DNA of 64,000 nucleotides from Gammaproteobacteria bacterium (GCA_013287505.1 JABDDR010000001.1:17931-81930), one strand, 5' to 3'. Positions 1 to 11,122 are shown, counted from the stretch's first letter. The notes: generated by a model from the sequence alone, not told the origin. Made by a program: numbers and translations.

Positions 1-699
1 AAGACGACCATGATATTTTGAAAAATCATCCCGATAGGTCGTTAATAAATTTTGATGCACCCGATTGATCATCGACCAATCTCGTTTTTTAATCCAGCTT
101 GAGACGCTTGCCGGCAATCCACCCACAAATAAATACTCTCGAAATTGCGTCAATAGCTGTTTATGTAGCGCTAATGGCACTTCACGTGAAAAATCAATTT
201 GCTGCAAATAATCAAAAGCGGTCTGTTGATCCTGCGCTAATAAAAATTCTTCGAATGACAACGGCTCAAGATGCAAATAATCAATGCGCCCGACCGGCAT
301 GCTGAAAGTGTGTTTTGCCAATACAAACTCAAGGAGTGAGCCCGCCGCAATAACTGGCAACTCAGGCATCTTTTCTGCAAACCAACGCAATTTTGCTAAT
401 ATCTCTGGCGCAGCTTGAATTTCATCCAGAAACAAAATGCTGCCAGGCACATCAATCGGTCGACGATTTTTAACACCCAGTTGCAACAAAATGTCTTGCG
501 GTTCATTGGAATCAAATAACGTTTTAAGGATTGGCGTATCCTCAAAATTAATTTCAATTAACACTTTTCCAACCATTTTGGCAAATTCACGCACCAGCCA
601 TGTTTTTCCTACTTGTCTTGCGCCACGTATGACAAGTGGTTTACGATCATGCTGATCAATCCATTGATTTTTAAGATAATTTAAGGAAATACGGTACAT
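1..699 (-). CDS. AAA+ ATPase, AAA_14/DUF4143-type (COG1373-like); C-terminus runs off the window
   Basis: Own minus-strand translation from ATG at 699-697 gives MYRISLNYLKNQWIDQHDRKPLVIRGARQVGKTWLVREFAK..., with Walker A GARQVGKT and Walker B-like ILFLDEIQ. The frame is open to base 1, so it is missing from the closed-ORF track. Confidence 0.7.
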   Translation of the reverse strand, partial: MYRISLNYLKNQWIDQHDRKPLVIRGARQVGKTWLVREFAKMVGKVLIEINFEDTPILKTLFDSNEPQDILLQLGVKNRRPIDVPGSILFLDEIQAAPEILAKLRWFAEKMPELPVIAAGSLLEFVLAKHTFSMPVGRIDYLHLEPLSFEEFLLAQDQQTAFDYLQQIDFSREVPLALHKQLLTQFREYLFVGGLPASVSSWIKKRDWSMINRVHQNLLTTYRDDFSKYHGRL

Positions 700-810
700 A
701 AAAACACCTATATTTTATTATAAGTATACTATGTTTTAATATTATATCAATATAATACCATGGTGTTTTCATAATTAGATAACTAAATAATTATGGTGTT
801 ATGTGATACA

Positions 811-888
811 TGTCAGGCGCGCTTCGTGTCAGTGCTTCGTGTCAGGCTTGCCTTTTTGCCTTTTTGTTTTTAAAAAAGGCAAGCCTGA
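811..888. repeat. Short direct repeats followed by a 16-bp-stem inverted repeat
   Basis: tgtcag occurs at 811-816, 827-832 and 840-845, and gcttcgtgtcag occurs twice. The arms tcaggcttgccttttt (842-857) and aaaaaggcaagcctga (873-888) are exact reverse complements. The site lies upstream of the ATPase start at 699. Confidence 0.5.
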
Positions 889-1155
889 TCATGGATACGC
901 CCATCAAAACCCAATGGCATGTTTTCTTTGGATAAAATGAAGAAATCATAAATATGCATTATTTTCATAATGTTATTTTATATTTTGAATCATAAAGGTT
1001 ATGTTTTTATTTGTAAGATCGTGCATATACTATACTGAGCAATATTGCAGAGTCATTGGAGGTTGTGATGCGTTATTTTGAATACATAGCACATACAGCA
1101 TCCCATCAGTTGTCAAGCGGTCATTGGCGACATTAAAGCCCAAATAATAAAAATT

Positions 1156-1377
1156 TTGACAAGCATACCTGATAACATGTCGGCGACGGAATTGGCTGCG
1201 CGCGGAATTACATCTGATCGCATAACACAGATGCGCGAGATTTTAAACAAAGAAGTGGGTCGCGGTCCGCATTTTTTTAATACTGTAATGGGTGGAACGG
1301 GATCGTATCGCAATGCAAAGGAGCAGTTAGACAAACTTGATACTATTCTATCTTCGCCATCATCAAGACCACAATAG
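1156..1377 (+). CDS. Hypothetical small protein (possibly a gene remnant)
   Basis: 73-aa ORF only, with no recognisable motif. It sits in an AT-rich, gene-poor stretch. Confidence 0.2.
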   Translation: MTSIPDNMSATELAARGITSDRITQMREILNKEVGRGPHFFNTVMGGTGSYRNAKEQLDKLDTILSSPSSRPQ

Positions 1378-1412
1378 TAAGGGTAAAATCTACTGAGTGC
1401 GTAATTGGGTGT

Positions 1413-2195
1413 TTAAGGCGAGACTGGCACGGTCTCATGCTGCTGATACATCCAAAGAATGGCATTTCTTTCAATGTATTCAAGGCCAGGCGTTGCTTCG
1501 GGATGCGGACTAATTCCGATAACCAATCCTTTTCCAAAATGTCCTAAAACCATCGCAGGGGATTCAACCATAACACCGGGTTCACCGTTTTTACCGACGA
1601 TTTCGTCGCGATAAGTTGCTAATACGCTGATCCCGCGATCCACTGTTTTTTCAAACACAGGGCCATTGTGATAAAGCACCGTCATTACTTTTTCCGACGG
1701 TTTAAAAATTTGCATACCCAAATTCGTGAATTGCACAGGTAACATTTCTTTGCCACGTTTCCAATGTGATGGATCGGCAGTTTTAATAGGTAATAATCCA
1801 AGATAAATGGGTTTTGAACTCGACATAAGATAACTGCCTGCGCAAACACCGATGTATAAACCACCTTGCTCAACAAAATGACGTATTTGATTTCGTCCCT
1901 CTAATTCAATGCCTTTAGATTCTTTAACGGCAGAACCACCGGGCACAAACAATACATCAAAGTTTTTAAGATCGCCTGCGCGAATATTGTCGCCATCAAT
2001 TTCTGTAACTGTCATGTTAGGTTCGTTTCCAAGGACATCTAATATTTGCGGCCTTGGATGTGCACCATCACCTGTAAACAAGGCGATTCTGATTTTATGA
2101 TTCAGCGGATTGTTCGCTTCACCCCAACCATTTGTGCAGAATAATACAATGGTTAATAACGTTAAAATAATTTTTACAGTCCATTGTTTTTTCAA
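1413..2195 (-). CDS. Secreted class I glutamine-amidotransferase-like protein (BPL_N/DJ-1-like fold)
   Basis: N-terminal signal peptide MKKQWTVKIILTLLTIVLFC. FVPGGSA and GGLYIGVCAGSY nucleophile-elbow-like motifs are typical of GATase1-like/BPL_N proteins. Confidence 0.45.
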   Translation of the reverse strand: MKKQWTVKIILTLLTIVLFCTNGWGEANNPLNHKIRIALFTGDGAHPRPQILDVLGNEPNMTVTEIDGDNIRAGDLKNFDVLFVPGGSAVKESKGIELEGRNQIRHFVEQGGLYIGVCAGSYLMSSSKPIYLGLLPIKTADPSHWKRGKEMLPVQFTNLGMQIFKPSEKVMTVLYHNGPVFEKTVDRGISVLATYRDEIVGKNGEPGVMVESPAMVLGHFGKGLVIGISPHPEATPGLEYIERNAILWMYQQHETVPVSP

Positions 2196-3406
2196 AGTCC
2201 ACTCTCCTTTTTAGTAAAGCAAATCGCAATAAACAACACGCCCGCTGCAATCCAAATCGGAAGCGTTGCATACAACGAGATCAACAATCCACCATCAAAT
2301 GCTGTGATCATCCACGCTAAAAATAAAACGGTGCTGGTATAACCCATAATCCAACCTTGGTGATTTTTGGAAGCCTGATTGGAAATTAAAGTTAACAAAC
2401 TCACGTACGCAGTGCCTGTAAAAATCGCCACAAGCCAGACTAAAAACCATTGATAGTGTGGCAATAAAGAACAACTCAATAAACCGATAAAAACAAGCAA
2501 AATACTTGCTGCCATGATTTTTTTAATCGGAAAATATTTTATGAGTATGGGATATAAAAATAATAATCCCAGCGACATGCAAACACCCATCATGGCATTA
2601 AATAGGCTAATTTGCTGCACGGAATAATGAAAAGCCTGCGTTAAAATAAGTGAAACGGTTTGATAATATTGACTCCATCCCAATTCAAGACAGAAAAATA
2701 ATAATAACAATCCACCAATATGATACGTTTTCACCGCTTTTTTAAGGCCAAAAACTACTTCACGCACACTCAGCATTTGTGATCGCATGCTGCCGGATAT
2801 TGTTTCCTTAAAGCAAAATAAAATAATAAAAAAACTGATTACACTAATGATCACTGCTAAATAATACGGCGTTGTCGCATTAAACCAACTGACCAAATGA
2901 CTATCTGATAAATAACCACCTGCAAGCGGTCCTAACACAATCGGCAATGTCATCATCAGTGCAATAAAGCTTAAAAATAAGGCTTTTTCGTCGTCTTTAC
3001 ACAAATCTGCTACCGCTGCTTGTGCAACTGGTTGACTGGATGAACCCACACCACTGAGCACGCGCCCAAATAATACTAAAAAAAGATTTTTTTTCACGAT
3101 GCCGATAATGGGCAATAAGAATCCAAGCGTAATAGCAATCAAACAATATAATAATGTTTTTTTACGTCCGTATTTATCAGACAGATTTCCCACAAAAGGA
3201 GCAGCAATTAACGCTGCTACCGTTGATAAGCAAATCGTAAAGCCCGTTAAAAAATCACGTGTGGCAAGTGATGTGCTTCTGGGCAACAATCCATAATGCG
3301 CCTTAAAAAATAATTCGAGCAATATAGGAATGACGACGAAATAACTGAATGAATCGATAAATATTAATAACAATAAGGGAAATAAGCGTTTAAAATGCTT
3401 TAACAT
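2192..3406 (-). CDS. MFS transporter (drug/H+ antiporter-like)
   Basis: About 12 hydrophobic segments and MFS motif A GNLSDKYGRKK. ATGA-type overlap with the downstream gene. Confidence 0.75.
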   Translation of the reverse strand: MLKHFKRLFPLLLLIFIDSFSYFVVIPILLELFFKAHYGLLPRSTSLATRDFLTGFTICLSTVAALIAAPFVGNLSDKYGRKKTLLYCLIAITLGFLLPIIGIVKKNLFLVLFGRVLSGVGSSSQPVAQAAVADLCKDDEKALFLSFIALMMTLPIVLGPLAGGYLSDSHLVSWFNATTPYYLAVIISVISFFIILFCFKETISGSMRSQMLSVREVVFGLKKAVKTYHIGGLLLLFFCLELGWSQYYQTVSLILTQAFHYSVQQISLFNAMMGVCMSLGLLFLYPILIKYFPIKKIMAASILLVFIGLLSCSLLPHYQWFLVWLVAIFTGTAYVSLLTLISNQASKNHQGWIMGYTSTVLFLAWMITAFDGGLLISLYATLPIWIAAGVLFIAICFTKKESGL

Positions 3407-3476
3407 TTTCGATGCCTCATCTTGCTTTTTGAAATATCAATAGGTGAAACAGTCCAGTAAAAAGAACATTATTTTA

Positions 3477-3920
3477 CTATTGCCAACCTTGACAGGTCAT
3501 TTCCCCGTGTTGGTTACCTTGAATTTGCCATGTCCCATCTGTGAGTTGAACCAACAAGCCAGTTAACTGCACATTTCCATAACCATACTTAGAGTGTTGG
3601 TAATAATGTTGCAATTTTGCAATACAATCTGCGGGTATGGAAACAGTACATTGATTATTTGCGCAAGGCACTCCACCAGTAATTGTAACCGCGCCTGTTG
3701 CAACGTTTAAAATTTTCGAACCAACAAGAAAGCTAGCACCTTTTCCTCTAGCGCTATATGAACCAATCTTTACGCGATAATTCGCGACTTGAGGCTGTGT
3801 CGGATAAAGTGAATCATATGCGATGTTATTATAAAAAGTCACCAACGGCACGGCAGCAAGACCTGAGGAAGCGTACACGAAAGCAGTTGCAAAAAACAAT
3901 AAAACCAATATCTTCTTCAT
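3477..3920 (-). CDS. Secreted hypothetical protein, Cys-containing
   Basis: Signal peptide MKKILVLLFFATAFVYASSGLAA. No recognisable domain. Confidence 0.5.
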   Translation of the reverse strand: MKKILVLLFFATAFVYASSGLAAVPLVTFYNNIAYDSLYPTQPQVANYRVKIGSYSARGKGASFLVGSKILNVATGAVTITGGVPCANNQCTVSIPADCIAKLQHYYQHSKYGYGNVQLTGLLVQLTDGTWQIQGNQHGEMTCQGWQ

Positions 3921-3947
3921 TGAAAAACTTCCTTGTTTGCTTGTTTT

Positions 3948-5273
3948 TTACTCCCCCGCCACTGTCATCCGATCAATTAAAATAGAACTGGCACGAATAC
4001 TATTGCGAACATCCACATCATTGGCAACAGCAACAATGCCTGAAAACATGGATTTTAAATTGCCGGCGATAGTGATTTCCTCAACGGGAAATTGAATCAC
4101 ACCATTTTCCACCCAAAATCCCGATGCACCGCGCGAATAATCACCCGTGGTAATATTCACGCCCTGCCCCATTAATTCAGTCACCAATAATCCGCGATCC
4201 ATTGTTTGTAATAATTGTTGTAACGTTACATCAGTATGCGAGAGGGATAAATTCATCACACCACCCGCATTACCTGTCGTTTGCATGCCTAATTTTCTCG
4301 CAGAATAACTGCTTAAAATATAATTCACCAATTCACCATCACGCACGTAATGCTGATTGATGGTTTCAACACCTTCATGATCAAATGGCGCACTGCCCAT
4401 CGCAGATAATAAATGCGGTTGCTGATAAATATTGATAAATGCGGGAAAAATAGGCTTTCCGAGCGCATTTAATAAAAAAGACGAGTGTCGATATAAATTG
4501 CCACCACTGATGGCTTGGACGAATGAACGCAACAATGATTTTGCAGTGGTTGGATTAAAAATCACAGGGCACGTTTGTGTTTTTATTTTTCGTGCGCCTA
4601 ACCGTGCAATGGTTTTTTCTGCGGCACGCATACCAACAACATCAGCAAAATCTAAATCTTTGGGATTGCGCGCAACGGTATATTCCTCATCACGCTGCAT
4701 TTGATTATTATCGCTTGCAACTACGCAGCAACTGATACCATGCTCAGTACCATGGCGTTCACCTAAAAATCCCAGCGTATTAGCATAAATACTTCGCGCA
4801 TTGATTGTGCTGACGCTCGCGCCTTCTGAGTTAACAATACGCGGGTCAAATGCCATCGCTTTTTGTTCACATGCAATAGCGAGCGCAATGGCGTCTTGTG
4901 TGGAAATATTCCAAGGATGATATAAATCGCAATCAGGGATTGTTTTCGCTAATCGTGCAGGATCTGCCAATCCTGCAAATTCATCAGGATTTGAAAAATC
5001 AGCAATGGTACGTGCTTTTTCAATGGTTGTGTAAAGCGAATCGAGTGAAAAATCAGAGCTTGATGCAGAACCGGTGCATTGGTTGTGATAGACGGTAACC
5101 GAAAAACTTTTTTCGAGGTGATGTTCCAATGTTTCAACGTCAAGCATGCGTGCGGAGACAGAAAATCCACTGGCTTCGCTGATTGAGATTTCGGCGGCGT
5201 CTATGCGGAGTGATTTTATTTTTTGTAAGGCATTTTCGGCAATATCACGGAGATTCATTTTTTTGTCGGCCAC
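3948..5273 (-). CDS. pmbA: Metalloprotease PmbA (TldE)
   Basis: Collinear with E. coli PmbA along its length, for example TVYHNQCTGSASSSD, GDYSRGASGFWVENGVIQFPVEEITIAGNLKSMF. Confidence 0.9.
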   Translation of the reverse strand: MADKKMNLRDIAENALQKIKSLRIDAAEISISEASGFSVSARMLDVETLEHHLEKSFSVTVYHNQCTGSASSSDFSLDSLYTTIEKARTIADFSNPDEFAGLADPARLAKTIPDCDLYHPWNISTQDAIALAIACEQKAMAFDPRIVNSEGASVSTINARSIYANTLGFLGERHGTEHGISCCVVASDNNQMQRDEEYTVARNPKDLDFADVVGMRAAEKTIARLGARKIKTQTCPVIFNPTTAKSLLRSFVQAISGGNLYRHSSFLLNALGKPIFPAFINIYQQPHLLSAMGSAPFDHEGVETINQHYVRDGELVNYILSSYSARKLGMQTTGNAGGVMNLSLSHTDVTLQQLLQTMDRGLLVTELMGQGVNITTGDYSRGASGFWVENGVIQFPVEEITIAGNLKSMFSGIVAVANDVDVRNSIRASSILIDRMTVAGE

Positions 5274-5365
5274 TTGTTACGTTTTCACGAAAAAATATCA
5301 CACTTTGTTGTTACTTTCGATGCGTGAAAACTTCACGCGTGGCTCCGTCCATCGCCCACGCTTAC

Positions 5366-7804
5366 TCAATGCGTTGCATGTTTTGCTTTACTGATTTTTG
5401 CCTTTGGTAATACGCGTTTTTTTGCGGCAACTTCAGTTGGCAGACGTTCTAATGCAATTGCTAACACCTGATCAATCCAACGCACAGGGTGAATATCCAA
5501 CACTTCTAATACTTCTTTGGGGATTTCTTTTAAATCACGCTTGTTTTCTAGTGGAATAATTACCGTTTTAATTCCACCGCGCAACGCTGCTAATAATTTT
5601 TCTTTTAATCCACCAATCGGCAACACTTCGCCGCGCAACGTGATTTCACCCGTCATTGCAACGCTTGCATGCACTGGAATATGTGTAATCGCAGAAACCA
5701 GCGCAACACACATACCAATACCCGCACTCGGTCCATCTTTCGGTGTTGCGCCTTCAGGTACATGCACGTGAAAATCATTGTTTTGAAAATAAGTGTCTTC
5801 AACAGAAAATAAAGGTGCACGACTCCGCACAACTGTCATGGCTGCATTAATGGATTCTTTCATTACATCACCCAAGCTGCCGGTATGTAATAATTTACCT
5901 TTGCCCGCCATCACTTGCGCTTCGATTGTTAATAATTCACCACCCACTTCCGTCCACGCAAGACCAGTCACTTGCCCTACTTGATCACGCTCTTCTGCAA
6001 GACCATAGCGATATTTAATAACACCTAAATATTTTTCGAGATTGCGCACAGTGACCGGATAACACTCTACTTTTTTATTTTTATTTTTTTTGGTCACAAC
6101 AAGACGCACGATTTTACGACAAATTTTCGAAATTTGTCTCTCCAAACTACGCACACCCGCTTCTCGCGTATATGAACGAATAATTTCACGAATCGCCGTT
6201 TCAGAAAAATGAATTTCATCTTTTTGTAAACCCGACTGTTCAATTTGTCTAGGAATTAAATAATTATTTGCGATATGTAATTTTTCTTCTTCGGTATAAC
6301 CCGGCAAACGAATCACTTCCATGCGATCTAACAATGCGGGTGGAATATTTAAAGAATTGGCGGTCGCAATAAACATCACGTCCGACAAATCATAATCCAC
6401 TTCCAAATAATGATCGTTAAATTTATTATTTTGCTCAGGATCTAATACTTCCAATAATGCAGACGCAGGATCGCCACGAAAATCAACGGCCATTTTATCG
6501 ACTTCGTCTAACATAAAAAGCGGATTACGTACTTTGGCGCGCATCATACGTTGAATAATCTTTCCGGGCATTGCACCAATGTAGGTGCGACGGTGACCAC
6601 GAATTTCTGCTTCATCACGAATCCCGCCAAGCGATATACGCGCAAATACACGGCCTGTGGCGTTCGCGATAGATTGTCCGAGAGATGTTTTACCAACACC
6701 CGGCGGACCTACCAAGCATAAAATAGGACCTTTTAATTTTTTGACACGCAATTGCACCGCTAAATATTCAAGAATGCGCTCTTTAACTTCTTTTAATCCA
6801 TAATGATCTGCTTCCAGCATTTTTTCGGCCGCTGTTAGATCCATGTTGATCTTCGACGTTTCTTTCCACGGCACTTGCAATAATGCTTCTAAAAAATTAC
6901 GACTGACAGTGGCTTCTGCCGACATGGGTGGCATCATACGTAATTTTGACAATTCAGATTTTGCTTTGTCCTTTGCCTCTTTCGGCATTCCTGCATTTTC
7001 AATATTTTTTTCGATTTGTTTTAATTCATCTGCTGGCGTACCTTCTTCAAGATCACCCAGCTCTTGCTGAATCGCTTTTAATTTTTCACTTAAATAATAT
7101 TGTCTTTGACTTTTTTCAACTTGCTGCTTCACGCGTCCTTGCACATTTTTTTCTACTTCGATTAATTCAAGTTCCTGCGCAATCAAATCGCGTAATAAAA
7201 GCAAGCGTTTTTTAACATCAAATGTTTCTAAAATTTTCTGTCTAGAATCTATGCTCACCGTTAAGTGTGCAGCGACCGTATCTGAAAAATGCGCGGGTAT
7301 TTTTATATTACGAACCGATGTGATTAATTCAGGCGGAATTTTTTTATTCACTTTTACCAATTGCTCAAATTGCGCAGTAATATTGCGCTGAGCCACCACA
7401 ATTTCGGGGTCTTCAGCGACTTCGAGTTCGTGATAAACATCACATTGTACACGCATAAATGGCGCGTCATCTGTGATATTTAAAAATGCGGTGACGCGCG
7501 CACGCGAAATACCTTCAACCAATACTTTAACGGTGCCATCAGGCAATCTGAGCATTTGTAAAATAGTGGCGATCGTGCCTACAGAAAATAAATCTGCATC
7601 AGTCGGTGAATCAATGGATGCATTCTTTTGCGCAACCAAAGCCACTTGCTTGTCCTTGCTCATTGCAAATTCAAGCGCTTTAATCGACTCAGCGCGACCG
7701 ACAAATAACGGAATGACCATGTGCGGATAAATCACGACATCGCGCAGGGGGATGAGGGGTAATGTGAGAAGATCGTTGGCGATAAGATTCTTTTTTTTAG
7801 ACAT
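5366..7804 (-). CDS. lon: ATP-dependent Lon protease
   Basis: 812 aa. Has the LON N-domain, Walker A GPPGVGKTS and the protease motif PKDGPSAGIGM. Confidence 0.97.
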   Translation of the reverse strand: MSKKKNLIANDLLTLPLIPLRDVVIYPHMVIPLFVGRAESIKALEFAMSKDKQVALVAQKNASIDSPTDADLFSVGTIATILQMLRLPDGTVKVLVEGISRARVTAFLNITDDAPFMRVQCDVYHELEVAEDPEIVVAQRNITAQFEQLVKVNKKIPPELITSVRNIKIPAHFSDTVAAHLTVSIDSRQKILETFDVKKRLLLLRDLIAQELELIEVEKNVQGRVKQQVEKSQRQYYLSEKLKAIQQELGDLEEGTPADELKQIEKNIENAGMPKEAKDKAKSELSKLRMMPPMSAEATVSRNFLEALLQVPWKETSKINMDLTAAEKMLEADHYGLKEVKERILEYLAVQLRVKKLKGPILCLVGPPGVGKTSLGQSIANATGRVFARISLGGIRDEAEIRGHRRTYIGAMPGKIIQRMMRAKVRNPLFMLDEVDKMAVDFRGDPASALLEVLDPEQNNKFNDHYLEVDYDLSDVMFIATANSLNIPPALLDRMEVIRLPGYTEEEKLHIANNYLIPRQIEQSGLQKDEIHFSETAIREIIRSYTREAGVRSLERQISKICRKIVRLVVTKKNKNKKVECYPVTVRNLEKYLGVIKYRYGLAEERDQVGQVTGLAWTEVGGELLTIEAQVMAGKGKLLHTGSLGDVMKESINAAMTVVRSRAPLFSVEDTYFQNNDFHVHVPEGATPKDGPSAGIGMCVALVSAITHIPVHASVAMTGEITLRGEVLPIGGLKEKLLAALRGGIKTVIIPLENKRDLKEIPKEVLEVLDIHPVRWIDQVLAIALERLPTEVAAKKRVLPKAKISKAKHATH

Positions 7805-7823
7805 GGTTGATCTCCTTGATTTT

Positions 7824-7849
7824 GAAACGCGATAAATTGACGTCTCTAC
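7824..7849. repeat. REP-like palindromic unit (degenerate copy) in the clpX-lon spacer
   Basis: gaaacgcgataaattgacgtctctac matches the family consensus gagacgcgataaatcgacgtctctac. The clpX stop codon TAG (7846-7848, minus strand) lies inside its ctctac tail. Confidence 0.7.
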
Positions 7850-9105
7850 ACTATCTTCTTCTCATCACCTTCGTAAATATACAACGGTTTCGTTTTTTCT
7901 TTAATCACATTTTTATCAATGATGACTTGTTTTAATCCAACCATCGACGGAATCTCATACATCGCTTCCAACAATGCGTGTTCCACAATCGATCGTAAAC
8001 CACGTGCACCGGATTTTCGATCAATGGCCAATTTTGCAATTTCATGCAATGCATCTTCACGAAACTCAATATGAACACCTTCGAGTTCAAATAATTTCTT
8101 GTACTGCTTTGTGAGTGCATTTTTCGGCTGTGTCAAAATAGCAAGCAATGCCGCTTCATCCAATTCATCCAATACTGAAATCACCGGCAAACGTCCCACA
8201 AATTCAGGAATTAAGCCGTATTTGATTAGATCCTGATTTTCAACTTTTTTAATAATGTTATTTGTCGTTATTCTTTCTTTGATTTTTACTGCTGCTGCAA
8301 AACCAATACCACTTTCATCGGTACGTTGCTGCACAATTTTGTCCAGATCTGCAAATGCACCACCGCAGATAAATAAAATATTGGTGGTATCTACTTGCAA
8401 ATATTCTTGCTGTGGATGTTTGCGCCCCCCTTGTGGCGGAATCGCTGCAACCGTACCCTCAATTAATTTCAATAATGCTTGTTGCACGCCTTCGCCCGAT
8501 ACATCGCGTGTTAATGAAGGGCTATCAGATTTACGCGCAATTTTATCAATTTCATCGATGTAAATAATACCCGTTTGCGCTTTCGCAACATCGTAATTAC
8601 ATTTTTGCAATAATTTTTGCACGATATTTTCAACATCTTCACCGACATAACCCGCTTCTGTTAATGTGGTGGCATCGGCAATAGCAAACGGCACATTTAA
8701 AATACGCGCCAGTGTTTGCGCCAATAATGTTTTTCCAGAACCGGTTGGTCCAATAAATAAAATATTACTTTTTGTTAATTCCACATCATCGTTTGATGCG
8801 CGGTGATGCAGACGTTTGTAATGATTATAAACGGCGACAGACAATATTTTTTTAGCATCCGTTTGACCAACGACATATTGATCTAATTGCGCATGCAATT
8901 CTTTGGGGCTCGGCAAATAACTTTTATCGGACGAAGCAACGTCCGATAATTCTTCTTCGCGGATAATATCATTGCACAAATTCACGCATTCATTGCAAAC
9001 AAATACAGAAGGACCTGCAATGAGTTTTTTTACTTCGTGCTGACTTTTTCCGCAAAAAGAACAATATAAAATTTCATTTTTATTAGGGGTTTTGTTTTCA
9101 GCCAT
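7846..9105 (-). CDS. clpX: ATP-dependent Clp protease ATP-binding subunit ClpX
   Basis: Zinc-finger [26 protein letters not shown] and Walker A GPTGSGKT. Confidence 0.97.
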   Translation of the reverse strand: MAENKTPNKNEILYCSFCGKSQHEVKKLIAGPSVFVCNECVNLCNDIIREEELSDVASSDKSYLPSPKELHAQLDQYVVGQTDAKKILSVAVYNHYKRLHHRASNDDVELTKSNILFIGPTGSGKTLLAQTLARILNVPFAIADATTLTEAGYVGEDVENIVQKLLQKCNYDVAKAQTGIIYIDEIDKIARKSDSPSLTRDVSGEGVQQALLKLIEGTVAAIPPQGGRKHPQQEYLQVDTTNILFICGGAFADLDKIVQQRTDESGIGFAAAVKIKERITTNNIIKKVENQDLIKYGLIPEFVGRLPVISVLDELDEAALLAILTQPKNALTKQYKKLFELEGVHIEFREDALHEIAKLAIDRKSGARGLRSIVEHALLEAMYEIPSMVGLKQVIIDKNVIKEKTKPLYIYEGDEKKIV

Positions 9106-9111
9106 TGGGAA

Positions 9112-9163
9112 GTTATCCGTAATCAGTTATCGGTTATCGGTTATCGGTTATCGGTTATCGGTT
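9112..9163. repeat. Heptanucleotide microsatellite (GTTATCG)n
   Basis: Five perfect gttatcg units at 9126-9160 plus a partial gtt, preceded by two degenerate units (gttatcc, gtaatca). It fills most of the clpP-clpX intercistronic spacer. Confidence 0.9.
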
Positions 9164-9167
9164 TCAA

Positions 9168-9794
9168 TTACATCTCTTTCCCGCGCTCAACATAAATCGA
9201 ATCAATTAAACCATAATCTTTCGCTTGTTGCGCCGACATAAAATTATCACGATTCGTGTCAGCATGAATTCGCTCTAACGATTGACCGGTATGTTTTGCG
9301 AGAACCTGCGATATCATATCACTCACACGCTGGGTTTCTTTGGCATGAATTTGAATATCAGTTCCTTGACCTTGATAACCACCTAAAACTTGATGGATCA
9401 TGACTGTAGAATTTGGCAAGCAATGACGCTTACCCTTAGCACCCGATGTAAGTAACAATGCCGCCGCACTCGCAGCCATGCCAACACACAGGGTACGCAC
9501 ATCTGGCTTAATAAATTGCATCGTATCGTAGATCGCCATGCCCGCTGTTACAACGCCGCCAGGAGAATTAATGTACAATGAAATATCTTTTTCTGGATTT
9601 TCAGATTCCAAAAAAAGCATCTGTGCAATCACGAGATTTGCCATATTTTCTTCAACAGGACCCACTAAAAAAATAATGCGGTCTTTCAATAATCGCGAGT
9701 AAATATCGTAGGCACGTTCGCCGCGACCACTTTGTTCAATGACCATGGGGACGAGGGTGTTATGGAATTCGCTCATTTGGATCTCCTTACTCAC
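9168..9794 (-). CDS. clpP: ATP-dependent Clp protease proteolytic subunit ClpP
   Basis: [30 protein letters not shown] and the catalytic-Ser context [11 protein letters not shown]. Confidence 0.97.
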   Translation of the reverse strand: MSKEIQMSEFHNTLVPMVIEQSGRGERAYDIYSRLLKDRIIFLVGPVEENMANLVIAQMLFLESENPEKDISLYINSPGGVVTAGMAIYDTMQFIKPDVRTLCVGMAASAAALLLTSGAKGKRHCLPNSTVMIHQVLGGYQGQGTDIQIHAKETQRVSDMISQVLAKHTGQSLERIHADTNRDNFMSAQQAKDYGLIDSIYVERGKEM

Positions 9795-11122
9795 ACTTTC
9801 TCATTCATAATAGCATCATAGCTTTTTTTTGTTTCAACAACACGTGCCTTAGAAAGCAATATGTCGATCGCTTGCTCTTCCAACACATATGCCTCAACAT
9901 CCGACACCATCTGCCTATTTTTTAAAATAATCGGCAGAATTTCATCAACGCTACCATAACGTGCCGCCATTTCTTTTAAACGGGCTTGCACTTTTTTCTG
10001 ATCCACTTGGATTTTAGCATCTTGAATCACTTCTGCTAACAATAAACCTAAAATCACACGTTTTTTAGCATCTTCAACATATGGTTCACGCGCCAGTGGA
10101 AAATTTTTAATATCAGCATCGGATAATTCACGGCGATATTGGCGAATTTGTTGGCGGGTCATTTCTTGCAAATGTTTAATTTCAGCATCTATTAACGGCG
10201 TTGGCACTTCAATCGGATTTAACGCCATAAGCTTATCAAGCACAATGCGCTTTACTGACGCTTTCGCAGCCTCATTTAATTCAGATTGCATTTTTTCTTT
10301 GACTTGCGTTTTTAATGCATCAAGCCCATCTGCAACACCTATTTTTTTCGCAAATGCATCATCTAAAGGGGGTAGTTTAGGTTCTTGTACTTCATGAACA
10401 ATGACCGCGAAAGTCACTGGTTTTCCGCGCAGTGTTTCAACATGGTATTCCGCTGGAAATGCGATATTGAGTGTTTTTTTCTCGTCTTTTTTACAACCGA
10501 TCAAACCTTCTTCAAACCCTGGAATCATGGTATGCGAACCCAGCTCCAACCACGAACCTGTGGCGCTGCCTTGTTCTAATGGCTTACCATCAATTTCGCC
10601 TTCAAAATCAATTTTAATGCGATCGCCAAGTTTTGATGCACGATCAACCGTCACCCATTCTGCGTGTTGTGTACGCAATTGGATCAACATACCGTTGACG
10701 TCTTCATCAGTCACTTCACCGGATGCCGATTCGATTTCAACATCAGTAAGATCTTTTAATTGTACATCGGGATACACTTCAAAATGCGCTGTGTAATGAA
10801 AAGATTCACCGAGTTTTAACGCCTCATGATCAAAATCAACGTGCGGCGTTCCAGCCAATTTAATTTTTTGTGCTTGTATTTGTGCTTGAAACGTTGAATC
10901 TATAAGTTCAGCAGCACTTTCATGCAATAATCCACGACCAAATTTTTGCTCAACCACATTGGCTGGCACTTTTCCGGGACGATACCCCTTAATATGTGCC
11001 TTGTTAGCTACCTCAGAAAGCTTTTTTTGATAGGCAACACGTAGATCATCCGCTAAGACCGTTATAGCCAATTGTCTTTTAAGACCTTCTAATTGCTTTA
11101 AGGTGCTTTGATTTGCCGTCAT
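9791..11122 (-). CDS. tig: Trigger factor
   Basis: 443 aa. N-terminal GYRPGKVP ribosome-binding motif, and the conserved tig-clpP-clpX-lon order. Confidence 0.95.
   Translation of the reverse strand: MTANQSTLKQLEGLKRQLAITVLADDLRVAYQKKLSEVANKAHIKGYRPGKVPANVVEQKFGRGLLHESAAELIDSTFQAQIQAQKIKLAGTPHVDFDHEALKLGESFHYTAHFEVYPDVQLKDLTDVEIESASGEVTDEDVNGMLIQLRTQHAEWVTVDRASKLGDRIKIDFEGEIDGKPLEQGSATGSWLELGSHTMIPGFEEGLIGCKKDEKKTLNIAFPAEYHVETLRGKPVTFAVIVHEVQEPKLPPLDDAFAKKIGVADGLDALKTQVKEKMQSELNEAAKASVKRIVLDKLMALNPIEVPTPLIDAEIKHLQEMTRQQIRQYRRELSDADIKNFPLAREPYVEDAKKRVILGLLLAEVIQDAKIQVDQKKVQARLKEMAARYGSVDEILPIILKNRQMVSDVEAYVLEEQAIDILLSKARVVETKKSYDAIMNEKV

Noticed and set aside
9112-9163. Possible CRISPR array (also considered for 14604-14664 and 34625-34686)
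   Set aside because: The repeats are 7, 17 and 18 bp, directly abutting with no spacers, and no cas genes are nearby. They are microsatellite or REP arrays.
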